Source: Candidatus Moraniibacteriota bacterium
GTDB lineage: Bacteria; Patescibacteriota; Minisyncoccia; Moranbacterales; GCA-2747515
DNA length: 49,420 bases
Assembly (NCBI GenBank): GCA_046116545.1
Contig: CP175956.1
Location: forward strand, 1,236,912 to 1,286,331
Direction of reading: 5' to 3'
The position numbers and the translations under genes are program-made. This document shows positions 18,893-28,069 of this stretch, in pieces (the stretch's first letter is position 1; each line of letters opens with the position of its first letter). The notes under the pieces are model-generated. The model was not told the origin of the DNA. It saw nothing but the letters and a program-made list of their open reading frames with translations, and made no database searches.

Positions 18893-19789
18893 CTATTTCT
18901 TTTTTGACTGTTTAACTATTTTCACTTTCTTAATTTCAGGAATTGTTTTCAAAACATTTTCAGTTTCTTCTACCTGTGGATGTTTTTTGATCCAAAGTAA
19001 ATTTGCTATGAAAATTGCTATGAAAATAATAGTTGTCATGAGTGGAATATTCAATCCCAAAAACCCAACCATGAACACCACTACCGTCGGAATAAAATAC
19101 AAATTAATAACCGCTTTGTATGCAGTCATATACTTACATTCAATATCAAATATTTTCGTAAGTACAAATAGCATAAGTGCCCACCAAAACGCACTAACCA
19201 GTCTAAATACAGAAAACCAAAAAAACATAAATACTCCAAGCAAGATTGTCAGAATAATTGAAAATGGGAAGATGAAATATTTGCTTACAAATTCTAATAT
19301 ATCATCCTTTGAAACAGTAAAATTTGGAATTTCTGAAAATACTATTTGATCAAATTCTGTACCATCCTTAAAATAAGCTCTATCCCCCAGAACAATGATT
19401 CCACCATTATATTCATCTAATGATGTTAAATCATATGCATCTGAACGTGTATCAATAATAATAACAAAACTTCCATCATAACTATTATCATCACTATGAG
19501 CATTTATCTCACGGAAGAATGGCTCATCTATGTTCTGGGTTGTTAACTGTCCATCTGTTATGGTTATTTGTGCAGATTCTGGAATATCACGCTCAAGCAA
19601 AGCCACTGTATCATCATATGAATCACACAAAAACACACAAAAACCTACAGCCACCATTAAAGACAATGCTAAACTAGACAATATCCAGAATGAAATTGTT
19701 GTTTTATTGTTCTTGCATTCTCCAGCAAAAAATTTTGCCAAAAAATCAAGCTTCCAAATATCAACAAATCGCTTTAATGCTTTTTTCAT
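18893..19789 (-). CDS. Membrane protein (DUF1189-like) inside the str operon
   Basis: One N-terminal TM, an extracytoplasmic domain, then about 4 C-terminal TMs. Confidence 0.6.
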   Translation of the reverse strand: MKKALKRFVDIWKLDFLAKFFAGECKNNKTTISFWILSSLALSLMVAVGFCVFLCDSYDDTVALLERDIPESAQITITDGQLTTQNIDEPFFREINAHSDDNSYDGSFVIIIDTRSDAYDLTSLDEYNGGIIVLGDRAYFKDGTEFDQIVFSEIPNFTVSKDDILEFVSKYFIFPFSIILTILLGVFMFFWFSVFRLVSAFWWALMLFVLTKIFDIECKYMTAYKAVINLYFIPTVVVFMVGFLGLNIPLMTTIIFIAIFIANLLWIKKHPQVEETENVLKTIPEIKKVKIVKQSKKK

Positions 19790-19819
19790 AATATTGTATT
19801 TTTGTTTTATAAAAGTGAA

Positions 19820-20287
19820 CTATGCAAAATGTGCAAATGCTTTATTTGCCTCTGCCATTCTGTGAGTTTCTTCTCGCTTTTTCATTGCTAATCCTTCTTT
19901 TTCTGCTCCTGCAATAAGTTCATCAGCTAATTTTTCTGCAAAGCTTTTCCCTTTTCCTTTTCTTACAGATTCTCGTATCCAACGCATTGCAAGAGTTTGT
20001 CTTTTTTCTCCAACAACTGGTACTGGAACTTGATAATTAGCACCACCTACACGACGAGATTTCAATGCTACAAGTGGAGAAACATTTTTGATAGCTTGTT
20101 CAAAAACATTTAAACCACCCTTTTTAGTTCTCTCTTGAATAATATCAAAAGAATCATAAACTAAACGTTCAGCTATTGAACGCTTTCCATGTAAAGTAAT
20201 TTGTCCTATGAAACGACCTACCAACATATTGTTGAATTGTGGATCTGGTCGCCATGACTTTTTAAAGGTCCTCTTTCGTCTTGGCAT
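19820..20287 (-). CDS. rpsG: 30S ribosomal protein S7
   Basis: SRRVGGANYQVP...HRMAEANKAFAHF. Confidence 0.98.
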   Translation of the reverse strand: MPRRKRTFKKSWRPDPQFNNMLVGRFIGQITLHGKRSIAERLVYDSFDIIQERTKKGGLNVFEQAIKNVSPLVALKSRRVGGANYQVPVPVVGEKRQTLAMRWIRESVRKGKGKSFAEKLADELIAGAEKEGLAMKKREETHRMAEANKAFAHFA

Positions 20288-20372
20288 AAAAGTAAAAATT
20301 TAAATTTAAAATATAGTTTGAAATTTTGTATATAATTTTGACGTTAAAACGTACTAAAAGTATATATCAAAA

Positions 20373-20786
20373 TTATGCTGTTGGACGTTTTGCTCCATAC
20401 TTAGAACGACCTTGTTTACGGTCTTCAACACCAGCACAGTCCAAAACACCACGTACAACGTGATAACGTACACCTGGCAAATCTTTCACACGACCACCAC
20501 GGATCATTACGATTGAATGCTCTTGTAAGTTATGTCCTTCACCACCAATATAAGCAGTTACCTCCATTCCGTTTGTTAACTTAACACGAGCAATCTTACG
20601 AAGTGCTGAGTTAGGCTTTTTTGGTGTTGTTGTAGAAACCTTCAAACATACTCCACGCTTAAAAGGTCCTTGTGATTTAATAGGTTTATTTTTCAATGTA
20701 TTAAACACTGTTGTCATTGCCGGTGATTTAGTCTTTTTGACTTTACTCTTACGAGCCCGACGCTTCAATTGATTAATTGTAGGCAC
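20373..20786 (-). CDS. rpsL: 30S ribosomal protein S12 (GTG start)
   Basis: [27 protein letters not shown]. Confidence 0.99.
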   Translation of the reverse strand: MPTINQLKRRARKSKVKKTKSPAMTTVFNTLKNKPIKSQGPFKRGVCLKVSTTTPKKPNSALRKIARVKLTNGMEVTAYIGGEGHNLQEHSIVMIRGGRVKDLPGVRYHVVRGVLDCAGVEDRKQGRSKYGAKRPTA

Positions 20787-20909
20787 AATAATAACTGTTA
20801 ATTTTAATTAAAACTTGTTTTGAGGCTACATACACCTCTAAAGCAACTCTTTTGCTTACACCCCATTACAAATATAAGCAAAAAACACTATCCGCAGATA
20901 GTTCCCATA

Positions 20910-20938
20910 TATTACACATAAAATAACAAAATGTCAAA
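20910..20938 (-). promoter_or_regulatory. Sigma70 promoter of rpsL
   Basis: Minus strand TTGACA, 17-nt spacer with extended TG, TAATAT; starts right after the upstream terminator. Confidence 0.65.
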
Positions 20939-20940
20939 CA

Positions 20941-20970
20941 AAAAAAGGAGGTCTGTATTAGCACCTCCTT
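20941..20970 (-). terminator. Intrinsic terminator of the L1-stalk RNA
   Basis: AAGGAGGU-10 nt-ACCUCCUU followed by a U tract. Confidence 0.8.
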
Positions 20971-21220
20971 CATAAATTGAGTCCTGAAACTCTTTGAAAT
21001 AAATCCATTATTAAAATCTGACTTCACTTTTCAATATGAAAGGTTGCTATTTCAAGAACGGCTCCACAATTACTAGCGTAACAGCTTCAAAGCCTCACAA
21101 CTATCCTACACATCCATATCTATCAAATTGTTAAATGCCAACAGGGATCAAACCCATTGATTACAAAATAGCCTGTTTTTCTAGACAAATTTTGCCCATG
21201 CATCTCAGAAAACTCAATTT
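20941..21220 (-). ncRNA. Candidate standalone ncRNA containing a 23S rRNA L1-stalk (H76-H78) domain
   Basis: 21120-21033 reads GAUAUGGAUGUGUAGGAUAGUUGUGAGGCUUUGAAGCUGUUACGCUAGUAAUUGUGGAGCCGUUCUUGAAAUAGCAACCUUUCAUAUU, matching 23S ~2103-2190 with compensatory changes. The 5' AAAUUGAGU pairs with 3' ACUCAAUUU. Own promoter and terminator; no flanking rRNA sequence. Confidence 0.8.
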
Positions 21221-21226
21221 AAAATT

Positions 21227-21255
21227 ATTTTATACCAAAAAATACTTTTTGTCTA
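21227..21255 (-). promoter_or_regulatory. Sigma70 promoter of the L1-stalk RNA
   Basis: TAGACA (21255-21250), 17-nt spacer, TAAAAT (21232-21227); predicted start near 21220 coincides with the 5' arm of the closing stem. Confidence 0.7.
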
Positions 21256-21282
21256 CTAAATTGCAACTGATTTTCTTTTATT

Positions 21283-22230
21283 CTACTTTTTCAAATATTC
21301 TTTTAAAGCTTCGCTATAGTGTCTTAGTCTTTCTATTTTTGTCACCTTTAGCACTGATGAACTTGGACGCTCGGCTGGACGTGAAAATGTTTCTGGTGGC
21401 ACTGGTTCTATTTTTGTATCCAATTCTGCTATTTTATAAAGTTCTTTCACTCCATCATACCAAGTGACGTCACCCTCATTTGCAACATGATAAATACCAT
21501 TTTCCGAATTACTTTCTACAATTTCTTTGCTTTTTTTTGCCAAATCTGGTGCATATGTAAATTTACTTGTCTCACTATCTACCGCCTTTACTTCATCATT
21601 ATTTTTACCAAGCTCTAACATTACATCAAAAAAACTCTTTTTCCCTGCAGCACTACTAGCTGGCTTACCAAATAACTTTGAAAGTCTAATTATATAATAA
21701 TCACCACCAATACTTTCCACATTTTCCTCACCCTTAAGCTTACTGCGACCATATTTAGAAACTGGATGACATTCATCATTTTCATGATAAGCAAAATATC
21801 CAAGTTTCTCTTCTGGTCCCATATACATACAATCTTCACATCCCTGACCACAACAACTAGGATTTCTCTTACTTCCCTTATACCTAGGACGTTTACCATC
21901 AAATACATAATCTGTTGAATAATGCACGAGTGTAATTCCAACATTTTTACAAATAACCACAAGATTCTTTGGAAGTTCTGCATTTAAGACTTTTGCCTTT
22001 TGATATTCATCTTCACTCTCTTCACATGCGTCCACTGCATTATAAGCAACAGCATTAAAAACCACATCAGGCATTTCATTTACAATAGCATTTTCCAATA
22101 ACCCTCTCTCACGTACATCAACATCATCTCTATCCCACGCAACAACCGCATAATCATCATCTTCATTAAATATTCGGACCAACTCCTGCCCAAGCATTCC
22201 TTTTGAACCTAAAATTATAACTTTTTTCAT
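21283..22230 (-). CDS. rfbD: dTDP-4-dehydrorhamnose reductase with a Cys-rich insertion
   Basis: GSKGMLG, NAVAYNAVDACE, HYSTDYVFDG, YGRSK, IIRLS, RPAERPSSSVL. Start moved to MKKVII at 22230. Confidence 0.92.
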   Translation of the reverse strand: MKKVIILGSKGMLGQELVRIFNEDDDYAVVAWDRDDVDVRERGLLENAIVNEMPDVVFNAVAYNAVDACEESEDEYQKAKVLNAELPKNLVVICKNVGITLVHYSTDYVFDGKRPRYKGSKRNPSCCGQGCEDCMYMGPEEKLGYFAYHENDECHPVSKYGRSKLKGEENVESIGGDYYIIRLSKLFGKPASSAAGKKSFFDVMLELGKNNDEVKAVDSETSKFTYAPDLAKKSKEIVESNSENGIYHVANEGDVTWYDGVKELYKIAELDTKIEPVPPETFSRPAERPSSSVLKVTKIERLRHYSEALKEYLKK

Positions 22231-22234
22231 AAAT

Positions 22235-22912
22235 CTATTTTTTACCATTTATTTCATCCCAAAATCTTTCAAAAAAATCCACCATAAAATCATGTCTTTC
22301 CTGTGCAAACTTTTTTCCAGTTTTTGTTTGCATTCTATCTTTTATATATTTTAACTTTTTATGATATTCAAGTACTGCGGTGTCTTCTTTTGTGAAATCA
22401 TAATTTTTACCACTTTTAATTTGTTCTTTTTCATTTCCAGTGTACATCAATGTCCCAAAGTGTCCTACGAATACAAAATCTCTTGCAATACCAACAGCTC
22501 CAATACTATCTAATTTATCTGCATCAAAAAGAACCTTTGCCTCCAAAGTTTCTGGCGCTTCTTCATTTCTAAATCGATGTGATGATATACAATGCACAAT
22601 ATTATTGATGCTTTTTTCATCAATATCAAAATCACTTAATAATTTTCCTGCTTCTTTTGCACCTTCTATAGCATGACAGAATTTAATACCATTTTCTTTT
22701 TTGCCTTTACATGCAAATTCTTCCTTGCGTCCAATATCATGCAATAGTGCTGCAATTTCTATAATTTGCAAATCAGCATCTTCTTCCTCACCTATAGATA
22801 TTGCTAACTTTTTCACTCTCTCTACATGCGTCCAATCATGACATACACTTACATCTTCAAAATATTTCTCTGCCTCCTGCTCTATCTCCTCAATCTGATT
22901 TTTACTAATCAT
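22235..22912 (-). CDS. HD-domain phosphohydrolase
   Basis: HDWTHVERV, ALLHDIG, HCISSHRF, LFDADKLDSIGAVGIAR. Confidence 0.9.
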   Translation of the reverse strand: MISKNQIEEIEQEAEKYFEDVSVCHDWTHVERVKKLAISIGEEEDADLQIIEIAALLHDIGRKEEFACKGKKENGIKFCHAIEGAKEAGKLLSDFDIDEKSINNIVHCISSHRFRNEEAPETLEAKVLFDADKLDSIGAVGIARDFVFVGHFGTLMYTGNEKEQIKSGKNYDFTKEDTAVLEYHKKLKYIKDRMQTKTGKKFAQERHDFMVDFFERFWDEINGKK

Positions 22913-22917
22913 TTAGT

Positions 22918-23451
22918 TTATTTAATTTCAATTGTACACATACCGTTACTACAAACTGGTTGACCTCCTCCACAGTCCAATACAGTTTCACATGACATTG
23001 TACACATCATACCCTCACAATTTGGTGCAAATTCTTTATTTATAACATCTGTTGCATGACAACACTGAGCAGGTACACAATCACTATCTACTTCACATAT
23101 TTTTTCATCTTCAGAAATAGCATTTGTGTCCTCCTCTTTTTGTGGAATACACCAACTATATGCACCTGGACATTCTGGTGTATTTATTTCTGCTCCATCA
23201 CACATAGCACTAGTTGATAAAAATCCACCAAGTTGTTGCATATCATATACAGAACCAATACAACATGTTTGCATTGCAGCGTCTTCATAGTTACAATCTT
23301 CTGCCAAGCCTATATATGGAATGCCATTAATTTTTTGATGTATTTCCTGAATGTCTTGTTGATCCTGTTTCAAGCTCATGTAATAAAAAATACTTATACC
23401 TGCTATTATTGGTAATCCAATTACTACTATGATTAATACTGCCTTATTCAT
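22918..23451 (-). CDS. Membrane-anchored Cys-rich protein (paralog of 23468-23803 plus a second Cys-rich domain)
   Basis: Start moved to MNKAV; N-terminal TM; 6-Cys module; then CEVDSDCVPAQCCH...CSNGMC. Confidence 0.7.
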   Translation of the reverse strand: MNKAVLIIVVIGLPIIAGISIFYYMSLKQDQQDIQEIHQKINGIPYIGLAEDCNYEDAAMQTCCIGSVYDMQQLGGFLSTSAMCDGAEINTPECPGAYSWCIPQKEEDTNAISEDEKICEVDSDCVPAQCCHATDVINKEFAPNCEGMMCTMSCETVLDCGGGQPVCSNGMCTIEIK

Positions 23452-23467
23452 ATATTTACTTTTATTA

Positions 23468-23803
23468 TTATTTAACTTCCTTGACATTTGCCATTGGAAC
23501 ACACCAACTGTATGAACCTGGACATCTTAATTGATCTATTGCCATGTCTTTACACACATTATCACTTGATAACTTAGCTTGCAAATCGCTCATATCATAA
23601 ACAGAAGCCAGGCAACACCTATATTCGGATTTGTCTTTATTTGAACATCCTCTAGCTAGTTCTTGATAATATACATCTTCAACACTATCAATTGCTTCTT
23701 GTACATAATTTTGTTTTTTCATTGTTCCAAAAAAATATAACCCACCAATAATTGTAATTAGAGGGATTGTTGTAACTGCTATGATTATTACTATTTTTTG
23801 CAT
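23468..23803 (-). CDS. Membrane-anchored 6-Cys protein
   Basis: N-terminal TM; C..CC..SVYDM..C..CPGSYSWC, shared with the neighbouring gene. Confidence 0.7.
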   Translation of the reverse strand: MQKIVIIIAVTTIPLITIIGGLYFFGTMKKQNYVQEAIDSVEDVYYQELARGCSNKDKSEYRCCLASVYDMSDLQAKLSSDNVCKDMAIDQLRCPGSYSWCVPMANVKEVK

Positions 23804-23810
23804 ATCTTTC

Positions 23811-24197
23811 TTATTTATTAAAACTACATTTCTTCACTACATAATCATCCTGCACTGGTTTGCCAAACATGTCCATTGAATACTCACAAGAATATGAAGG
23901 AATTGCTGTTCGTGTCTTTACTAACACATCCCATCTGTCAGGATATTCCGTCACATATATCATCATATTACTATTGACTTCTCCTTCAACATCCTCCAAC
24001 TCATTAATATTTATTTTATTTTCATTTTTTAATACTTCCATAACAGCTCTAGGAGTATCTATCATACCCTTAACATCATAAGAAGCTTTTATATCACTAA
24101 ACTCAAGAGTTGTCATTTCACCACTATCACCACATCCATACAACATTATACTGCTACAAATCAGAATACTCACACTAATTATTTTATATTTTTTCAT
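23811..24197 (-). CDS. Putative lipoprotein
   Basis: Signal peptide with a lipobox-like MLYG-C. Confidence 0.6.
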   Translation of the reverse strand: MKKYKIISVSILICSSIMLYGCGDSGEMTTLEFSDIKASYDVKGMIDTPRAVMEVLKNENKININELEDVEGEVNSNMMIYVTEYPDRWDVLVKTRTAIPSYSCEYSMDMFGKPVQDDYVVKKCSFNK

Positions 24198-24198
24198 A

Positions 24199-25506
24199 TT
24201 ATTTAATTTTTAATGTTTTAATAATAAGTCCGGCAACAATCACAAATACAATAGCCAATGTCACATATGGGATCCAAGGATATTTCTCCATGAAACGACT
24301 TTCTTTTCCATCACATTTATCACCTATTCCATCCACGTCTTCATCTCTTTGTAACTTATTTGCCACAGTTGGACAATTATCTTTGTTATTTATAATTCCA
24401 TCATGATCAAAATCCTCACAAGCATCACCTTTACCATTATTATCTTTATCAATTTGATCCACGTTTGCAACACCTACACAATTATCTACACCATCAACTA
24501 TACCATCTTTATCTGTATCAGCCTTTTTGTACAACGGATTAGTATCTATTAATTCTGCGCTCACAATATTAGTGTTTTCATTAGTACTGAAGTCTGGAGA
24601 CTCTATAGGATTTGTTTTTACATAATTATCAGAATTATAATAAATATCATATGACATCTTTGGCTGTGCTATAAATCTCACAAAATTTTCAGTTGTCTTG
24701 GGAGTTCCTTTTTCATGGAATATAATTTCATTGATTCGAAGTGGCTTTATATACTGCAGTGTTATACGATAGTGATCTGTATTTGCCTCTGGAAAGTTTA
24801 CATTATCACTACCAAAAAACTTCTCTGGTAATAATATTTGTTCACTACCATCTTTTTTTACAGATACAATTCTAATTCTTGTAGGACGTTCAATGTTTTT
24901 ATCAAAATTAAATCGCAATGAATCCGCGTTAAATATTCTATCTGACATAATATCTATGACAACTTCATTTTGACCAATATCCCCATCAGACTTTTCACCA
25001 CCTTCATATCGCTCCTCTGAATACATAATCTCATTTCCACCATCTACTGAACTACGAGTTACTATATCCGTATCAATAACTTTATATTCACCTCTATTTT
25101 CAACAAAAGGAAATTCAGTAAAGCTATCATTCTTTCCATCTATCATATTATTTGCATCAAAACTTCCAAATGAATCACTTGCTCTAAAATTAATATCGAC
25201 TTGTTTAGTTTTGTTTATAATGGTGGAAGGAAGTATAACGCCCATAGAATCTGTAACAATCACATAATTTCGAGAACCTTCATCAAAAGTCAGGGGAACG
25301 TCTATCATAGTTGGTACCGCAAAATTATTTTTTTCAATTTTAGCAATTGACTTAAATTCTCCTTTTTGATCCAAAGAGATTTTTTCCATTAACAGTCTCT
25401 CTGCAGATACTAAACCTGGAAAAATAATTATTATACTCAAAATGAATATTATTACTTTTTTCACTTTGTTCACCATAACCTTATTGGAATAAAGTTCTTT
25501 TGTCAT
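24199..25506 (-). CDS. Surface protein with thrombospondin type 3 repeats and a C-terminal TM anchor
   Basis: [52 protein letters not shown]. Confidence 0.85.
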   Translation of the reverse strand: MTKELYSNKVMVNKVKKVIIFILSIIIIFPGLVSAERLLMEKISLDQKGEFKSIAKIEKNNFAVPTMIDVPLTFDEGSRNYVIVTDSMGVILPSTIINKTKQVDINFRASDSFGSFDANNMIDGKNDSFTEFPFVENRGEYKVIDTDIVTRSSVDGGNEIMYSEERYEGGEKSDGDIGQNEVVIDIMSDRIFNADSLRFNFDKNIERPTRIRIVSVKKDGSEQILLPEKFFGSDNVNFPEANTDHYRITLQYIKPLRINEIIFHEKGTPKTTENFVRFIAQPKMSYDIYYNSDNYVKTNPIESPDFSTNENTNIVSAELIDTNPLYKKADTDKDGIVDGVDNCVGVANVDQIDKDNNGKGDACEDFDHDGIINNKDNCPTVANKLQRDEDVDGIGDKCDGKESRFMEKYPWIPYVTLAIVFVIVAGLIIKTLKIK

Positions 25507-25520
25507 ATTAATAGTTTTAT

Positions 25521-27440
25521 TTATTTTTTAGCTTTTTTTATAAACGCTGTTGATATTAATAATGTTCCCAATACAAATGATGTAATTATCCTCATTATTA
25601 TATCCATATCCCAAAATTCTATAAATAAAACTCTAGCAACAACTATTCCAAATAATATTCCTCCAACAATCCTATATGGTTTATATTCTTCTTTTATACC
25701 CATCACATAAAACCCAACCCCCACAACTGTATATGTTACAAGTGCTGTAAATGTTGCGATATCATCATTCCCCATAAACAAGTGTGTCACAAACCAAATC
25801 AACATAAGTCCAAAGGCTCCACCCGTATATGCAAATATACGGAAAAATATCATATTTTCTTTATTGCTTATGTCCGTAACTCTAAGTATTGCTACAGCGA
25901 CTGAAAACATTGTGATACATACCATAAATACAGTAAACAATTCTGGCATATAATTCAACACACTATTTTTATCCGGATAATCCAAATAACTAAATATCTC
26001 AGCAACTGCCACTAACGACATAATTACAGGGACAGCACATACTATAGTCAATAATGAACGCATTGTTGAATTAACACCTTTCCTTGCAAAGTATAATGTA
26101 ATTATTGCAATAGCACTTGATTCTACTAAATAAGCTGTTATAAGTACTGGTCCATCAAATTGCAATGCAGTTGCTACTGCAAAAAGCGTAGCTGTAACTC
26201 CTCCATAAATTGCAGTTGGTGCTTTGCGTCCAGTTTTTACAAATATAACATATGAAGCTCCCGCAAAAAATAATATGGCAATAAGTAATAAGATAACCTC
26301 AAATTCTGCGCTTGCAAACGATAATATCCAAATAAGCATAAGAGTTCCTATGCCAAGTGCAGTCATAATATCAAAATGATTTGTTTTTTCTGACTTAATA
26401 ATAGAAGAAATATTTGCCCCATAAAAAATTCCAGCAAAAATGAAAGCTAAAATAATATTACTCATACTTTCAGCATTCCCAAACTCAGTAGCTATGTATG
26501 TAATTGAATAAAAACCAACAATAGCTAACATCATGGTTGTCAAACCTCTCCATGAAGTAAATGCTACAACCCACAAAGTTCCTAGAGTCAATATAAACAA
26601 ATATACAAAAATTGTATTAGTTGTAACTCCAAGTGCAAAAAATAACGGTATTATAGCTCCAAAAAATATCATAGAAGCTGTAAGTGATATACTTTTTTGT
26701 TTCAAAGATACAAGTGTTACAAAACCAACTGAAATAAGCATCACAAACATTCCAACTACGGGAATCATTATTTCATAATATATACCTGCGAGAGAAGAAA
26801 TAAGCATTGCTGCAATTCCTATAATCAAAAATAAATTTCCTTGCGTTCTTTCTTTTTCTGCTCTCATGGACCCAAACGCAATTGCACAAATAGCTGCACA
26901 ATACCCCAAAACAACTCTAGCAACCTCTGATAACCAACCAACAGAAGCTGCATAAGTCACAAACCATCCTATAGCAGCAATAACAAAAAAGCCACCTACT
27001 TTCATAGGCCAATCTTTTGCCAACCAAGAAAAAAATCTTTCGATAACTGATTTTTTATGCACTTTTGTAAATTGTGTATTTTGAGTTTGAAATTGAGTAG
27101 CTTTTGGTGCAATCGGAGCAGTTTCTGATAAATTTTCATTTACCATTTTTCCTTGTATATTCACGCCTGCATTTTTATTAGTATCTTCAGAATGTAATTT
27201 ATTTATATACAACTGTTCTGCATCTGATAAATCTCTTCCATAATTTGAATTTTTTTTAATATTCTCTTTAGTGCTCTGAACGACATTCTTCTGTATGACA
27301 TTATCTTGTGACTTATGAGACAAATGATCTACCTTGTTAGATAACTCATATACATCTGTTCGCAATTCCCCCACATCTTCTTTAAGTCCTTGTAATAATT
27401 CTACAATTTTATCTACCATATTTGTGTTTGTGCCTACCAT
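25521..27440 (-). CDS. DUF2339-like multi-pass membrane protein
   Basis: N-terminal coiled coil; WPMKVGG..GWFV..RVVLG; many TMs; [14 protein letters not shown]-terminus. Confidence 0.8.
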   Translation of the reverse strand: MVGTNTNMVDKIVELLQGLKEDVGELRTDVYELSNKVDHLSHKSQDNVIQKNVVQSTKENIKKNSNYGRDLSDAEQLYINKLHSEDTNKNAGVNIQGKMVNENLSETAPIAPKATQFQTQNTQFTKVHKKSVIERFFSWLAKDWPMKVGGFFVIAAIGWFVTYAASVGWLSEVARVVLGYCAAICAIAFGSMRAEKERTQGNLFLIIGIAAMLISSLAGIYYEIMIPVVGMFVMLISVGFVTLVSLKQKSISLTASMIFFGAIIPLFFALGVTTNTIFVYLFILTLGTLWVVAFTSWRGLTTMMLAIVGFYSITYIATEFGNAESMSNIILAFIFAGIFYGANISSIIKSEKTNHFDIMTALGIGTLMLIWILSFASAEFEVILLLIAILFFAGASYVIFVKTGRKAPTAIYGGVTATLFAVATALQFDGPVLITAYLVESSAIAIITLYFARKGVNSTMRSLLTIVCAVPVIMSLVAVAEIFSYLDYPDKNSVLNYMPELFTVFMVCITMFSVAVAILRVTDISNKENMIFFRIFAYTGGAFGLMLIWFVTHLFMGNDDIATFTALVTYTVVGVGFYVMGIKEEYKPYRIVGGILFGIVVARVLFIEFWDMDIIMRIITSFVLGTLLISTAFIKKAKK

Positions 27441-27590
27441 GACTTATGTAAAGTAATGACAGTTTTTTACAAATTATATTTTTATTTTTGTAATTATATA
27501 ATACCATATTATTCATGTTTCTAAAAATTAAAAGACATCTTGAAATGTAATTTAAAAGATGTCTCTCCAAAAATTTAGTACTTGGCAATG

Positions 27591-28052
27591 TTATTTTGAA
27601 CCTATTACATCAAAATTATTTTTTTTCCATTCTACTATACCCTCATCCAAATCATACACCTCTGGAAATCCTAATGTTCGCATTCTTTGTAATCCCATCT
27701 TTGTACGATTACCATGTTCACAATAAATTAAATACTTTTTCTCTTTATCAAGATACTCTAACCGCTCATCAAAATCATCTTCATAAATATCAATATTTGG
27801 CACATCTGCAATTCGTTCATTCATGTATTCATCACGTGTCCGTATATCTATCAAATCATATTCTCCACTATCTAATTTTTCTTTAAATTCACTAGCACTC
27901 AATGAATCAGAAATTAATTGTTCACAACTCTCAGCTTGACATTCCTCAATCATATTCATTTCTACCAATTTTGATTCTTCATCATCTTTACTACTGCATC
28001 CAGTCAATAAGACTACGCAAAATATACTCACTATAATTATTTGTTTACTCAT
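27591..28052 (-). CDS. Rhodanese-domain lipoprotein
   Basis: Lipobox LLTGC; LIDIRT..EY; active-site loop YCEHGNRT. Confidence 0.88.
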   Translation of the reverse strand: MSKQIIIVSIFCVVLLTGCSSKDDEESKLVEMNMIEECQAESCEQLISDSLSASEFKEKLDSGEYDLIDIRTRDEYMNERIADVPNIDIYEDDFDERLEYLDKEKKYLIYCEHGNRTKMGLQRMRTLGFPEVYDLDEGIVEWKKNNFDVIGSK

Positions 28053-28069
28053 ATTTCTTTACCAATTAA

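Noticed and set aside
21033-21120. Part of a normal rRNA operon, or a standard uL1 autoregulatory leader
   Set aside because: No flanking 23S sequence (no conserved domain V motifs). It is not upstream of rplK/rplA, it includes H78, and it is cut off from rpsL by a terminator and a separate promoter.
21135-21185. tRNA-Thr-like pieces (UUGUAAUCA, GGUUUGAUCC, GUUGGCA) in the 5' part of the ncRNA
   Set aside because: No cloverleaf can be built: spacing is too short and there is no matching acceptor 5' strand. The region folds as a local AACAGG/CCUGUU hairpin.
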